Source of the DNA: Rhynchobatus australiae
Taxonomy: Eukaryota
DNA length: 64,000 bases
Direction: 5' to 3'
Assembly (NCBI GenBank): GCA_034780895.1
Contig: JAUZTB010000042.1
Span: 674,526-738,525 of the forward strand
Positions 27,932 through 41,100 of the stretch are shown here, in pieces (the first letter of the stretch is position 1; each line of letters begins with the position of its first letter). The position numbers were made by a program, and so were the translations under genes. The notes under the pieces were generated by a model that had not been told where the DNA came from, did no database searches, and saw only the letters and a list, made by a program, of their open reading frames with translations.

Positions 27932-30169
27932 TAGCCTTGTCTTGGGACATGCCCAGCAGGTCAGGCCGTACAAATGGAGAGAGAAAAAACCGAGCCAAAA
28001 AGCACAGATGGATGACTAGTATCCAAAAGGGAACCAGATAAGTATCCAAAAGAGAAGAATCTGTAGGGCTGTGAAAGGAGGAATGGGACTAACCAGATTG
28101 CTCTTACACAGAGCCAGTCTGGACAATGGGCCAAATAACCTCATACCATGCTCTGACTTCTTATATCTACAGCAATTTGCGATGGGTTTTTGTGATTTCT
28201 TTTGGCATATTAATTTTCTTGATCTAGCTTCACAGAACAAAAACTATACAATGCACAAAAATAGAACACCAGGATAGTTTAATGACTATGAGCGTTTTGA
28301 TAGCTTTTTTCATTCCAAGCAGCACCAACATAGAAATATTTATCAAAGAATAAATAAAAAGGAATTCGATGACCCTTGTCCATCTGGATTAAAACTGCTG
28401 TGTTTTTTTGTATGATTTTGACACCCCACAATTATTGCTTGCTATTGTAAAGGTTCAGGCCAGATAACTAAGATGACTGACTTGGACATTGAAAAAGTAT
28501 TCTCATAAGTGTCATCTGTTTTCAAAGCTCAATACCCCAATCTCTCCACAAATATTTACATGGAAACAAGCTATTTGGGTCAAACGTGTTTTCTTTAAAC
28601 CCTTCACATGTCCATGAATCATAACTTGTTCATAATAAATTTCATATATTCCTTTGTTCCTTTCCTCAAATGACTCATCTAGCCTAATAACCTTTAATAA
28701 ATTTTTATTACATTTATTAATTCCATCAGAGGGTTGCAAGAGTGCTAGAATACACTTTTCAAGTGCCTCTTGCTCTCTGCTCTAAATAGCAGTTAATTCA
28801 ATCTCCAGTTAATTCACCTCACTGCAGACATTCTCACGCCCTGGAAATCGTCCTTCTATTCTGAAACATTTCTTCATAGTCTTCAAAGGTCAAATTACCC
28901 CACTCTTTGAATAAAGCTGTTCCAGTTTTTGAAATTATTCTTCCTGTTTTGACATATTCGGTGGAATCTTGGTGAATCAGACTCAGGCTGAACTGATTGA
29001 GGTGTACCACAATGAAGGAACTAGATTATGCCTGCTTAAATGGACAAATTACTTCAATTGCATTCGCTAAGGAAGATCAGGAATCAAACCTACACAACAC
29101 GTGGAGGCACAGCCAGGTAGAATATTAGACCATTCTTCTTAAAGATTAGTGACCCCTTAATAAAAGTTGATGGCTCATGCAGCAAAAGCTGAATCATTGA
29201 AGGCCTTCAAGAGGAAACAGAACCTGTCTCTAGTGGAAGCAGAGATCAGATTGTGCAAGAGGTAACACGCGATGGAAAGCAGGTTTAATGTGGCCTCCGA
29301 GATGAATTTTAATTGATTGAAGAACAAAAGAGGAGTTTTTAAAATGTGAGATTCCTTACTTAGCCAGCATTTTTACTTGGTATTCTGCCTCTCCTAAAAA
29401 AATTATCAGGTGGGAATGACAACTTTGATAGTAACAACAATATTTATCACAACTAAGTGGTCTTTTCCTCTCCATTTTCATAGTCTAAATGTTCTTCATG
29501 TAGTATGGAGTGCAAAACTGCAAACACCGTACTTCAGGTTGTCCCACCAAGGTTTATATTGATTTAATAATACTTCCCAACTTTTGTACTTGGTATGAAA
29601 TGCCATGAAGTACCATATTTGGAAGGCTTGAAAATCTGCTTTCAATGTCCTGAAAACTTTATTCCAAAAAACGATTATTTTCTTTTAAGAATTGCAAAGT
29701 ATCACTTCATATTTCAAACTTCAATTATTTATTATATCTCCTATTTCACTGTTGCCTGTAAAATTGGATATGGATCCTTCCAGCTCAATCACCAAATCTG
29801 CATGGCAAATAGAACAGGACCGAACTCTGGTAAGCATTACTATCCACATCAGATACTTTGTGAAACTTCATTTATCTCTTTATCTAATAATTCCTTTCTT
29901 AAGAGCGTTTTTTTTAATCTGCTTTGCTCCCTCACTGAAAATCCATATGGCTTATTCCCTAATAGACTAGTGTGCTGCGTTGTTATAGGCTACCTGAATA
30001 TCCTTATACATCTTATCCACTACAGTTACCGCACATCTCCGCATTGTTCCTATAGTACAACCACTGACAATGGATATTGTGTTTTCTTCTTTGTTAGCAT
30101 GCAACTTGGCCTTTCGTACTAGTAAATAGTGCAAATAAATTTCAACGTTTGCTGTTTCTAATTATGTAC

Positions 30170-30326
30170 CTGATTAGGTCAGGCGACTGAATGATCCCCT
30201 CCACAATGTTGTCACGAATTTTCTGCCGATCATTTTCATGTATGTTGAAAGGTAACATAGCTTCACCAGGAGGAGCTTCACGATCTGGCCAGTACTGTGT
30301 CACCATATTCTTCATGTAGATTGCAG
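30170..30326 (-). CDS. IPO8: Importin-8 coding exon 3 ([53 protein letters not shown])
   Basis: 157 nt; AG/GT boundaries; phase 1 to 2 fits exon 2; IBN_N domain sequence. Confidence 0.96.
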
Positions 30327-30579
30327 CTATACATTGATTTAAAGGAAAATAGGAAGCTCAATTTGAAGAACGGATCTACTCACAAAATATTTTTAGTGCA
30401 TTAAATTGCAATCAAGTGGAAGTTAAAATCAAAACTGCTCGGAGTTATTATAAGAACCCTGTCTCACTTTTGTGATTTCTCAAATTTCAAGCATTTGTAC
30501 AACATGCTGCTAACACAGAATGATTAACAGCTTTCATTGATCAATATTTTTCTGGATAAGCAAACCAACATCATAGCAC

Positions 30580-31085
30580 GTTTGCCTTCATAGATCACGG
30601 CAGAGAATACTGGAGCTGGGATGTTATGTTACAACTTTACAAAGCACTGGTTAGGCCACACTTGGAATANNNNNNNNNNNNNNNNNNNNNNNNNNNNNNN
30701 NNNNNNNNNNNNNNNNNNNNNNNNNNNNNNNNNNNNNNNNNNNNNNNNNNNNNNNNNNNNNNNNNNNNNNNNNNNNNNNNNNNNNNNNNNNNNNNNNNNN
30801 NNNNNNNNNNNNNNNNNNNNNNNNNNNNNNNNNNNNNNNNNNNNGTATACAAGATTATGAGAGGCACAGATAGGGTAAACCACAAACAGTGGTTGATATC
30901 TGGAACTCCCTGCCACAGGAGGCGGTGGAATCAGATGCAATTGCTATGTTTAAGAGGTATTTAGACAGACATTTAAATAGGCAGGGCATAAAAGGATATA
31001 GTCCTAATGCTGGCAAATGGATTAGTGCAGATGGGCAAAAAGGTTGGCATAGATGTGGTGGGCCGAATGGCCCACTTCTGTGCTC
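30580..31085 (+). mobile_element. CR1 LINE 3' end
   Basis: MLQLYKALVRPHLE...VYKIMRG, IWNSLPQEAVE. Confidence 0.85.
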
Positions 31086-31094
31086 AACATCTCC

Positions 31095-31550
31095 TAGACT
31101 CTCGGTCAGTGTCCTCTCCCAGGCTTTCATCCCCAGATGCTAAATACACTCAGTCACCTCCATTGGGCAAACCACATCATATGCCTGACACCAGACACTC
31201 TACTAGGAGTTCCGTAACAACTGGAGAGAGAAAAACATTCATGGATATTATCAAAATCATCTTGAAAAATCCTTCCCACCCACCCATGGAATTCCTGACC
31301 CATAACCACTCAAAAGAGGGAAAGCGCATTTCGGATGGCACTGACAACTTTCAGACCATGCACCAACGGGAGCATCCAGAAGCCTTGAGTAAAAAGTGGA
31401 AGGAGCACACCACCTCCCTAACTATTTAACTGCCAAGCACCTCCTGCCCCATGTGAGTTCCATATTGGCCTCAGCAGTCACCTTGGACTAATAAGAGCGG
31501 GGTGGCAGCAAGACACCCTTAATCCCAAGGAACTGCCTAAGAAAAGATGG
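31095..31550 (+). mobile_element. RTE-clade LINE 3' fragment
   Basis: VSVLSQA.IP, MPDTR, RKTFMDIIK-like remnants. Confidence 0.6.
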
Positions 31551-32286
31551 CCAAATGGCAAGTTCTTTGTGGGTTATGATTTTCAGGATCTCTCCCTCTC
31601 TCTCCACCCACCCCCATCCCAACAACAATCCCCCACTCAAACTACCAATTACCCCTTGTGGTAATTGAAGAGCGATGTTTGGTCAATCCACCCNNNNNNN
31701 NNNNNNNNNNNNNNNNNNNNNNNNNNNNNNNNNNNNNNNNNNNNNNNNNNNNNNNNNNNNNNNNNNNNNNNNNNNNNNNNNNNNNNNNNNNNNNNNNNNN
31801 NNNNNNNNNNNNNNNNNNNNNNNCTCAACTCTAATAAAAATAACATTATGGCCATTTCCTGCTGCTGGAAGGCACCTCTTAGCAGAAATTAGTTTTTCCT
31901 ACAAAATTCTTTTCAGGTTTTTGGATACATTTCTTATGTTAGCTCATCAGTCCTATTACAGTGATGTGCCTCTGCATTTAGTAATGTCAATGCATCTCAG
32001 AACAGATCTAGAAATGATCAAATGTCATTGACAGGGTGGTTAATCTTTGGGACTCACTGTCGGGCTGTGAAAGCTCTGATGTAGAGTTCATTTGATGCAG
32101 AGATCAATAGATTTCTGGACATTAGGAATATCAAGGGATATGGTGACAGGGCATAATGGAGCTGAGATAGCAGGCCAGCCACGATCTGGATAAATGGTAC
32201 AGTAAATTTGAAGGTCCATATGGCCTATTCCTGCTCCCTATTAAGTTCTCAGGTTCATATCTTTGGAAAGGACAGCCTGAACTCAC

Positions 32287-32368
32287 CAGCTTGTCTGACT
32301 GGAAATTCAACCTGATCAGACACAATGATCTGAAGTAACGTGGGAGCAAAGTTTATGATCTTGTAAGA
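32287..32368 (-). CDS. IPO8: Importin-8 coding exon 2 ([27 protein letters not shown])
   Basis: 82 nt; poly-T tract plus TGCAG acceptor; GTGAGT donor; phase 0 to 1; translation matches IPO8. Confidence 0.96.
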
Positions 32369-34819
32369 CTGCAAAAAAAAACACAGAAATTAAATTAAAT
32401 AGTGCAAATGCAAAGTCAATTTTATTACATTTCACCTGGAACAGACCCTTTGTAAATCACACATCACTGGAATCAGAAACAGGATCTTCAAAACTAAGTC
32501 TATACATCAAAATTCAGAACAGTTCACTCTGCTTCTGTTCCAAGGCTATCATAACTCAAGTCCTTCTTCACCACAGGATTAGGAAGGCCTTCTGTGCATC
32601 CAACAAACAGCAGTACAATAGACAACATAGCCAATAAACCAAATTGCAGCTGGATGGAAATCAAAATATGGTACATATTGTAGGTAAATGACCACTTACT
32701 AAATTCAACAGCAAGTTCCATGAACTATGTCTGGTCATTAAGAAAGTTTGGTTTCACTTATGCCTGCAAACAGCAAATAAATTCATATAATTGAAGTCCA
32801 TTACAACAGACTGTCAGTCGAATTTGAATTTCATTCAATAGAATTTCATGTATTGGTCTTGTTATGAAATTGGTTAAACTTCACGAACAGAGGAGGGATC
32901 ATCAATAAGGATTCCAATCGGCATAAAATAACTACCGGTATCCTGCAAGTATCCATATTAGATCTTCAACTCATCAACCTAAAAATTAACAATTTGGACA
33001 ATGAGATGGAAAGCCATCCATCCAAACTGTTCCAGGATATATAGATTGGGAACTCTGTTATCAGTAATAGATATAAACATAAAACCACAACAAGATATTA
33101 ACAATTTGATAAAGTTGTACCACACGGAATTCAATGAAGCAAAGGGTGGGTGTCTCACTCTGCACCCAAAAGGAAAATGAAAGAATATTTTCCAATGAAA
33201 TGTCAAATACAGTGAAGACCTAAAGAGGCTTAGGGACCTTTGTAAACAGATTATTAAAATGCCATGGACATATTCAAAAAATCATCATAAAAATCATACA
33301 AATTTAGATTGCACGAACAAGGATTGTATTCCCTGAACTTTAGAAGATTAAAGAGTGNNNNNNNNNNAAATTCTCAAATTCTTCTTACCATCTGCTAATT
33401 GATTGCCATAGTAATTAGCAAACTCATGGATGACAAAAGGCAATTCAATCCATCCAAGAACATCCCTATGGGACATCAAGTTTCCAATCAAGACAATGAA
33501 TTGCCTTATGATCAATGCAGATGCTGCAGTTTTTAAACTACTTGGTTTGCAAAAGATTCCAAATATTTAACCTCTTAAGTTAATAGTGATGCTCAGAAAC
33601 AACNNNNNNNNNNNNNNNNNNNNNNNNNNNNNNNNNNNNNNNNNNNNNNNNNNNNNNNNNNNNNNNNNNNNNNNNNNNNNNNNNNNNNNNNNNNNNNNNN
33701 NNNNNNNNNNNNNTCTGGAATGAGCTGCCAGAGAGGTGGTGGAGGCAGGAACACAACAACTGTTAAGAGGCATCTGGACATGTTTTTGAATATGCCAAGG
33801 CATAAAAGGAACATGGAATTAATTCAGGCAAGTGGGATTAGTACAGATAGGCAGAGATATGGTGGGCCAAAGGGCCTGGTTCGATGCTGTACAACTCTAT
33901 GACATATCACATCCATCCCCTTTCAGATATCACACCCTGTTGCTATGATTAAGCCAAAGTTGACAACAATGCCTGAGAAAAGCACTCTGACGCTGGGTGG
34001 CACCCTGTGTACAGTGCACTATTGTGGATATCACTGGCTGACTGCGACACGGAGGCCAATTTGAAAACAAAGTGTTTGATATATACTTGTATTTTACACC
34101 TCTGCAATAGATTTAAAAATTAATTGTTGCAATTTAACTTTAACCAGATTTATGCTCACTGGTAAGAATCGGTTTTAAGGTAACAATCAGAGTTTGTTTT
34201 AGCTCTATCAGGTTAAAGAACATAGTTAAATAAATATTACTTTGCTGCTATTACAAGACAGTTCACTACGCCTGATTAGTTATTGTGGTCTTATATCATT
34301 CTTCTCCATTGTTATTTCTTTTCGTAAACGATTGACTCTTTGAGTCAATCTGAACATTGATCACCCTTGAAATCATACTTGTCCATCCACTGTGCAAGAA
34401 ATTAGTACCTGTATGTTGCTGCATTCATTCAGCAAAAAATATCTTTTGTCCAAAAGTGAAGATGTACTGATAATGACTCAAACCCTGAAATATCTGTCTA
34501 ATTTCCAACCACTGGTTTTGGATTGGTGACTAAGAAAATGCAGACCGACCATCATCATGGATAAGAGATGAACAAAGACCTCCACATTCCTGTCACACCA
34601 GGAAAATTCAAGTACTCTCCATCCTGCCTCATTTCCTCCCCATTGCTATTGATTCTATTGGTATCTGCTCATGCTGAAATATTCCCTTTGATATCAACCA
34701 TACCCTGACACCTTACTGAATGGATATTGTTCAATTTAAATCAGGATAGGAAGTGCCTGCACATATTATGGTGATAAAAGAACAAATTCTGATTCTAACC
34801 TCTACCACAACATAAAGCT

Positions 34820-35657
34820 GGTTGGGAGTCTGAGCTGTGAGGGGGATGCAGAGAAGCTCCAGCATCATTTGGGCAGTTGACAGAGTGTGCAAATGCATGG
34901 CAGGTGTAATATAATGTGGATAAAGATGTGTTTCTTCACTTTGATGTCAAAAGTAATTAACTGAACAGCTATAGATTGTGCAACAAGACTTGCAAGTTCT
35001 TGTGCACCAATGAAAGTAAACCTGGAGGTGCAGCATGCAGCTAAGAAGGCAAATGGCATGTCGGCAATCATTGTGAGCAGATTTGTGTATAAGAGCATTG
35101 ATGACATGCTGCAATTATACAGAGCCATGGTGAGGTACACTACAAGTATTGTGTGTAGTTTTGGTTTCCTTATTTGAGAAAGGATGTTCTTAGTGCAACA
35201 AAACTTCGCCAAACCAATTGCTGGGATGGCGGTCGGATACATCTATATTCCCAAGAGGACAGAAGAATGAGAGGGGATTTCATAGAAACCTGTAAAATTC
35301 TAACAGGGCTAGAAAGTCTGGATTTTCCAGAAAGTTGGGTGTGTGGGGGGTTGTTCCAAGACTGGTGTCATAGTCTAAGAATAAGCAGTAAACCCTGCAG
35401 AACTGTGATGAAGAGAAGTTTCATTATCCAGAGAGTGGTTAACCTGTGGAATTCTCTACCACACAAAGGTATTGAAGCCAAATCATTAAATATTTTTATG
35501 AAGTAGTTATAGTTATTAGAGTTAAAACAAGGCATGGGATGTGGGGGTAAAAGCAGAAATGCGGTACTGAATCTGGATTACCAGCTGTGATCATTACAAA
35601 TGGCACAGCAGGCTCAAAAGACTGAATGGCTCACTCTTGCTCCTAATTTCTATGTTT
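34820..35657 (+). mobile_element. Degenerate CR1 LINE 3' portion
   Basis: RRMRGDFIETCKILTGL, QRVVNLWNSLP and a tttctatgtttctatg tail. Confidence 0.82.
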
Positions 35658-36994
35658 CTATGTTCCATTTCCAACAGAAGTTGGAAGGGTTTGACTAAGA
35701 ATGAGATCTTTGGCCAATATACACTTACCTAGTATGGAGACATTAAGATCAACTCTGGTGTCTTGCACTGACTGACTGAGGGCAGCTGACTTGAAGGCTA
35801 CACCAATTTCCTGACAAGAGAGCGAAGGTGGACTTACCCACGCTGCATTAAACATCTTATGATAGAATGGCTTTTTGTAGTCTCTGAAATACTACAAAGA
35901 TCTACAAACAAACTGAACAGGACAATCAATTTTCAAGTACAGAAGATAAATCAAAACATGAGAGAAACAAGAGACCAAAACTGTGTTTTGTCAGCTTTAA
36001 ACATTTTTCTCATTAATTGAACATTTTACATCATTTCACAGATTTAGGTATAATCTACACCAGTATCATAACCAAAATTGGATACTTTCAGCCTTTTCAT
36101 GGTAGGCAAACTGCTCATATGAAAGTTAAAAGGACACAAAGTAACATCAGTATAAATATTTTCAATGCAAATTCATCAGTAGCAGGAGTATGGCATAGTC
36201 CCTTCTTCTTTCGCAAGCCAAATGATCGTCTAATTCAAGACAGAAACAATTAGCAAACCCACTGGAAACGTCACTTGGTGTGTTCCATCTGGATGCTGAT
36301 CAGGAAAGTTCTGTTTTGACCAACTATTATTGAACAAAATCAAAAATTTTTTAATGAGTACATATGACAAATTACCCTGTGATTCAACAAATGCTGTGTG
36401 CTACAGTGAATTCATGGAATTAATTCATGACTGCACTTCTTGAGACATTGCAGCTACTACAGTGTCCTTCCTTAAATGCTCATCTCTACCACTGCACTAC
36501 AATCCATCAGTGAAGAAATACACTACATAAATTCCCAAAGCAACTCTAGAATTCATTTCAAACAGCATAAATAATGCCTGAAAGCACCTCACTCAAATAT
36601 CATTACTGATATGTTCGAGTGCATCTGACAAGGGCAAGGTTAACAGAAGCCAGCATTATTCATGGCACCCCCAATGGGACAAAAGAAACTCATCTTATGA
36701 TGATTTCCCCATTGTTCAACTTGCATTTGTTTCACTCAAAATAACTTTTTTTTAAAATACTAATTTAGATGGGATTCGATATTTAGTTCGACTGAGTATG
36801 TCACCTCAATTTTCTTTCCCTGAACCAAAAATTATAAGGTTCCCACTTTTGATTGCTCTCTAGTAATCCCTTCAATTTATCAGCAGAGAATACAAAAGTG
36901 GTGTTTTATTGCTATGTAGAAATGTCAAATTTTAATACTGTATTTTCTCTTACTTTTCCTTCTCTTTTCTTGCACTCTGTTGAAATCCACCAAA

Positions 36995-37375
36995 ATTGAA
37001 AATAATAGAAATACCCAACAGACCAGGCATCTTTTTTTTTGAAGAGAGAACTAGAGTTAATGTTTCAGGTTCATGACTTGTCAACAGGACAGGGAGAAGT
37101 TAGAACGCATGTATGTTTTAAGTTACAGAGAAGGGTTGCATTGCTCCAAAGAGTCTTGAGGAACAGCATCTCGTCTTACAACTAGACAGGTTACAGTTCT
37201 CATGACTAAATACTGAATTCAGCAATTTGGGATTTGGATCAGAACTGACCAGTTCTGATGAAAGATCTTTAATTTGTCATGTTTGTCTCTTTACAGATGC
37301 TGACTGATCTGCTGTGTTTTTAACTGCTCTCTCTCTTATTTTCAGATTACCAGAAACTGCAGTGTTCTGTATATC
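36995..37375. mobile_element. Inverted Penelope-type termini flanking a GIY-YIG C-terminal fragment
   Basis: Minus-strand terminus at about 37000-37095, plus-strand LEEQHLV-like fragment at 37155-37230, plus-strand terminus at about 37250-37370. Confidence 0.55.
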
Positions 37376-37885
37376 ACAGCTCCAGCATTTTTTTCTTTCC
37401 TCAATTTTCTTCTTCATTCCTTTGTTTATGCCTCCTCCAGACAGATTACCTGTGATTAACAAGGCTTCTCCACCCTCTCTCTCCTGGCACCAGCAGCATT
37501 TGCATCATTCAATCTCTTTCCGTATCCATCTTTTCCCTTGGATGTTCCCTTCGCTCAGTCCACCCGTTCCCCCCTTCTCTGTAACAATTTCCTCGCAAAC
37601 TTGCTGCTCTATATACCTCCTACCAGTTTGTGGCATATAAAATAGAGCCAGTAAGTGTAATAGCATCTTTATATTACGTCAATGACTACATTTCAAAAAT
37701 AGTTAGTTGGTATTAAAACACTTGAGGGCAGCTCAAAGTCATGAAAACATAATAATTTAAATTCTTTTTTATACAGGTATCATCCTTCAAAGAAAAAAGA
37801 CAAATGGAGGGCTTTATTGCTGTTGGAAAACATATTAAGTTAGAACTTGAAGGAAAAGTAGAATAGAGGAATCCAAATGCTGATA

Positions 37886-38105
37886 CAGGTCCTCCCCAGT
37901 TTACGAATGCCCAACTTAGGTACAGCCTGTAGGTATGAAGGAGCATTTGGGAGACCAGCAGTATGGATTTACCAACTGCTGTGGGGCTGCAGGCATCTTC
38001 TGCCATTTGAGAACTTGGTTCACAGCCGCATTTCCGACTTGTGAAGCATTCAAGTTCTGAACAGTTCACAGGAACAGAACGCTGTTGAAACCTGGGTACG
38101 ACCTG
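37886..38105. mobile_element. Tigger/pogo-like MITE
   Basis: Imperfect ~21-bp TIRs (CAGGTCCTCCCCAGTTTACGA versus reverse complement CAGGTCGTACCCAGGTTTCAA); TA on the left flank. Confidence 0.65.
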
Positions 38106-41100
38106 TCCTGGCAAAATGTTACCTTGAAACTCTTTTTTTATGCTATCAGAAGAAATGCATATTGTTGGCAAGCTCGCCACTTATTCTCTAACCTGAGTTG
38201 CCATTAAACTGACTTAGCAAGTGACTAAGAATCAACCATATTGCTGTTGATTCTGGAGTTGCATACAGATCAATCCAGGGATGGGTGGTGATGTACCTTC
38301 CCTAAAGGCTGTTAGATTTTTAAAATCCAATGAATTCACACTCACCATTAATTGACACTTGCCTTTTCCCCCTAAATTTATTTCATTAACAATACAAATC
38401 CACTAGCGGCCATGATGAGATCTGAGCTCACTGCACTGTGNNNNNNNNNNNNNNNNNNNNNNNNNNNNNNNNNNNNNNNNNNNNNNNNNNNNNNNNNNNN
38501 NNNNNNNNNNNNNNNNNNNNNNNNNNNNNNNNNNNNNNNNCACAGCTAGTAGAGCTGTTGCTTCACAGCTTCCGTGACCTGATTCAATCTAACCTCTGGT
38601 GCTGTCTGCCTGGAGTTTGCATTTTCTCTCTTCAGCTACATGGGGTTTCCATTTTCCTCCCTCATCGCAAAGACGTATCATTGGTTGGTTAAATGGCCAC
38701 TCTAAGCTGCCCCAGTGTATAGTAGAATCAGGAGGGAATTGATGGGGATGTGGTGAGAATAAAATGGGATTAGAACAATTGGTGTAAATGGGTGCTTGAT
38801 GGTCAGCCCAAATTCATTGGGCTCAAGGGCCATTTCCATGCTATATGATTCTCCACCGCACATTATGGCACTTCAGATCATTAGTCCAAGACTCTGGATT
38901 TTTAATCCAACAACGTAACCATATGCCACTATATCCTGACTGACTGCACCATATCCCACTGCAGCACTTCGCTTTCCCAGTTATAATTGCTCAGGTCATG
39001 GACCGCTGTACTCTGACCCTAACAGACGACGACTTAGATTTTGGCATGAGAATTCCTTCACTCCCAGCACAGCAAGTATTATAAATTTTCAATTAAAGTT
39101 ATTAGAAATTCCAAGAGATTGTTCTCAGAGAGTCTTACAGCTCTTGACCATAATGTACTGGGGAATTAGCATTCACCAGACTACGAAATTCCAAAGCACT
39201 TTAATGTCAACTATTTTGTGTTGATATTAATTATGACAGGATAAGAGTTATATGTATTATGCTTTCATTATAAATCTTACAGCACTGTGCTTTATCATAG
39301 TGTTTTATTAGGATAAGTGCATTGTATTATTTGTCACATTATTATTTTGGGGTGTTTGTATGATATATTTTCCTCAGGTTGAATAGCAAAACCAACTGGC
39401 ATAACTATCCTACACCACCCACCATGAAAAATGCACTCTTTTCCAGCTAATATATGTTGTTAAAACAAAAGTGAGATCCAAGAACCATAATAATAGATTG
39501 TCCGTTTCGATTTCCACAAATACTGCCTTTCCCGCTGAGAGTTTCTTGCATTTCCTGTTTTCATTTCAGATTTCGAGCATCTGCAGTTTTTTAAAAATTT
39601 TTTAGTCATTATGATAGAACATTTTTTCTCACTATAGACATTAGCCACCACAACCACAGTGCCTCCAAGCTAGAAGATACTCAGGGAAACAAGTTTAAGC
39701 ACTTTGAACCAAGCATGAAAATAACACATATTTAAATAAATTCAGCTCCAGCAAAGATAAAAGAATGGTTCACTTGTAAACCACAATGTAGCCTGTTGCT
39801 GTAATGGAACTATTGCTCTGCACCCTTAGATTACAAAGTCCAACTATAGATAATACACATCTCAGGGTCAGTCAGAATAAATTCTATTAATATAATAAAT
39901 TTGCTGACAGCTCCAAGTTAGTAGAAGGGAGTATGAAATAACTCCCCTCTTATTTTAAAAAGTGAGATAAGCATGCTCTGGATGCTGGTATTTTCAGTTT
40001 GCTCCTGACAGCAGTGACTCTTGCTGGGAATCTCCACTCGCAACAACTGTTATCTCATTGGTAGACCTGCTTCACATACATATTTTGATGCTATCAGCAG
40101 ACTAATCAGTCACACAGAGAATCACAGCTGAGTCTCATCCTGTTCAAAGCCAATACTGACACATACAGCAACTTCTAATGGAATGCATGCACAAGAATAA
40201 AGAGCAGGAAATTGGGTTAATTTTCCTCTCCACCATCCAGATAACTGCAATAATGCCAGCAGCTCAACTGAAAGCAACCAACTCAAAATAAGTGAATTAA
40301 ATTTGGGACCTTACTGTCTGGCTTAATAAAGGTGAAAGCATCACATGATTAGTATTATGAAATCAAAGAGATTGATGCATGGACTGAGATTAAAAATTCT
40401 TCAACACAGAAAATTTTAATTATACATGGGATATTTTACAAAATGCCAGTGAACCCTATTTATCAGGCTATCGTGGTGAAACTGTAGTTATCCTAATCAA
40501 ATTAAAAATTAATAATAAAAAAATGGTACTTGAAAAGCACCCAGATGTCTCATTAACTGACATTAACAATACAAGACAATTTGTGGGACACAAACGTTAT
40601 CGGGTTGGATGTTAAATTCTTGTATGTTGGCAGCAATTACATTACGTAACTGGATGATTTTGCCAAGAGTGTCAATCAAACCTTGTTAATTCAGAATAGA
40701 GCACCTGTCAAAAAAATACAGACTTTTAACTGTGGATTAAAGCAACAACATACATCTACAGTGACCAAAAAAGCTATTACAAACAAATTGGAAAGAATGA
40801 TTGGATTTTGGATTGTCTTGATTTAGATTTTTAAACAGGAATGCTATAACAAAGAATCAGAAAAGCTCACAATGTACTGCTTGAATGGCTGCTGGGGACA
40901 GTTACTCACACAACATGTATCTAAACAAGTGCTTCAATCGCCAAGGCTTCGAAGGCTAGGGACCAAGTGCTGGTAAATGGGATTAGTGTAAATAGGTGCT
41001 GGACAGTGCAGATGGGTGCTGCATGTGAAGGCCATGTGCTTCACAGTTCTTAATTACATATGAAAGTACATTTTAAATAAGAGGAGCGTTTCTGCCTCTA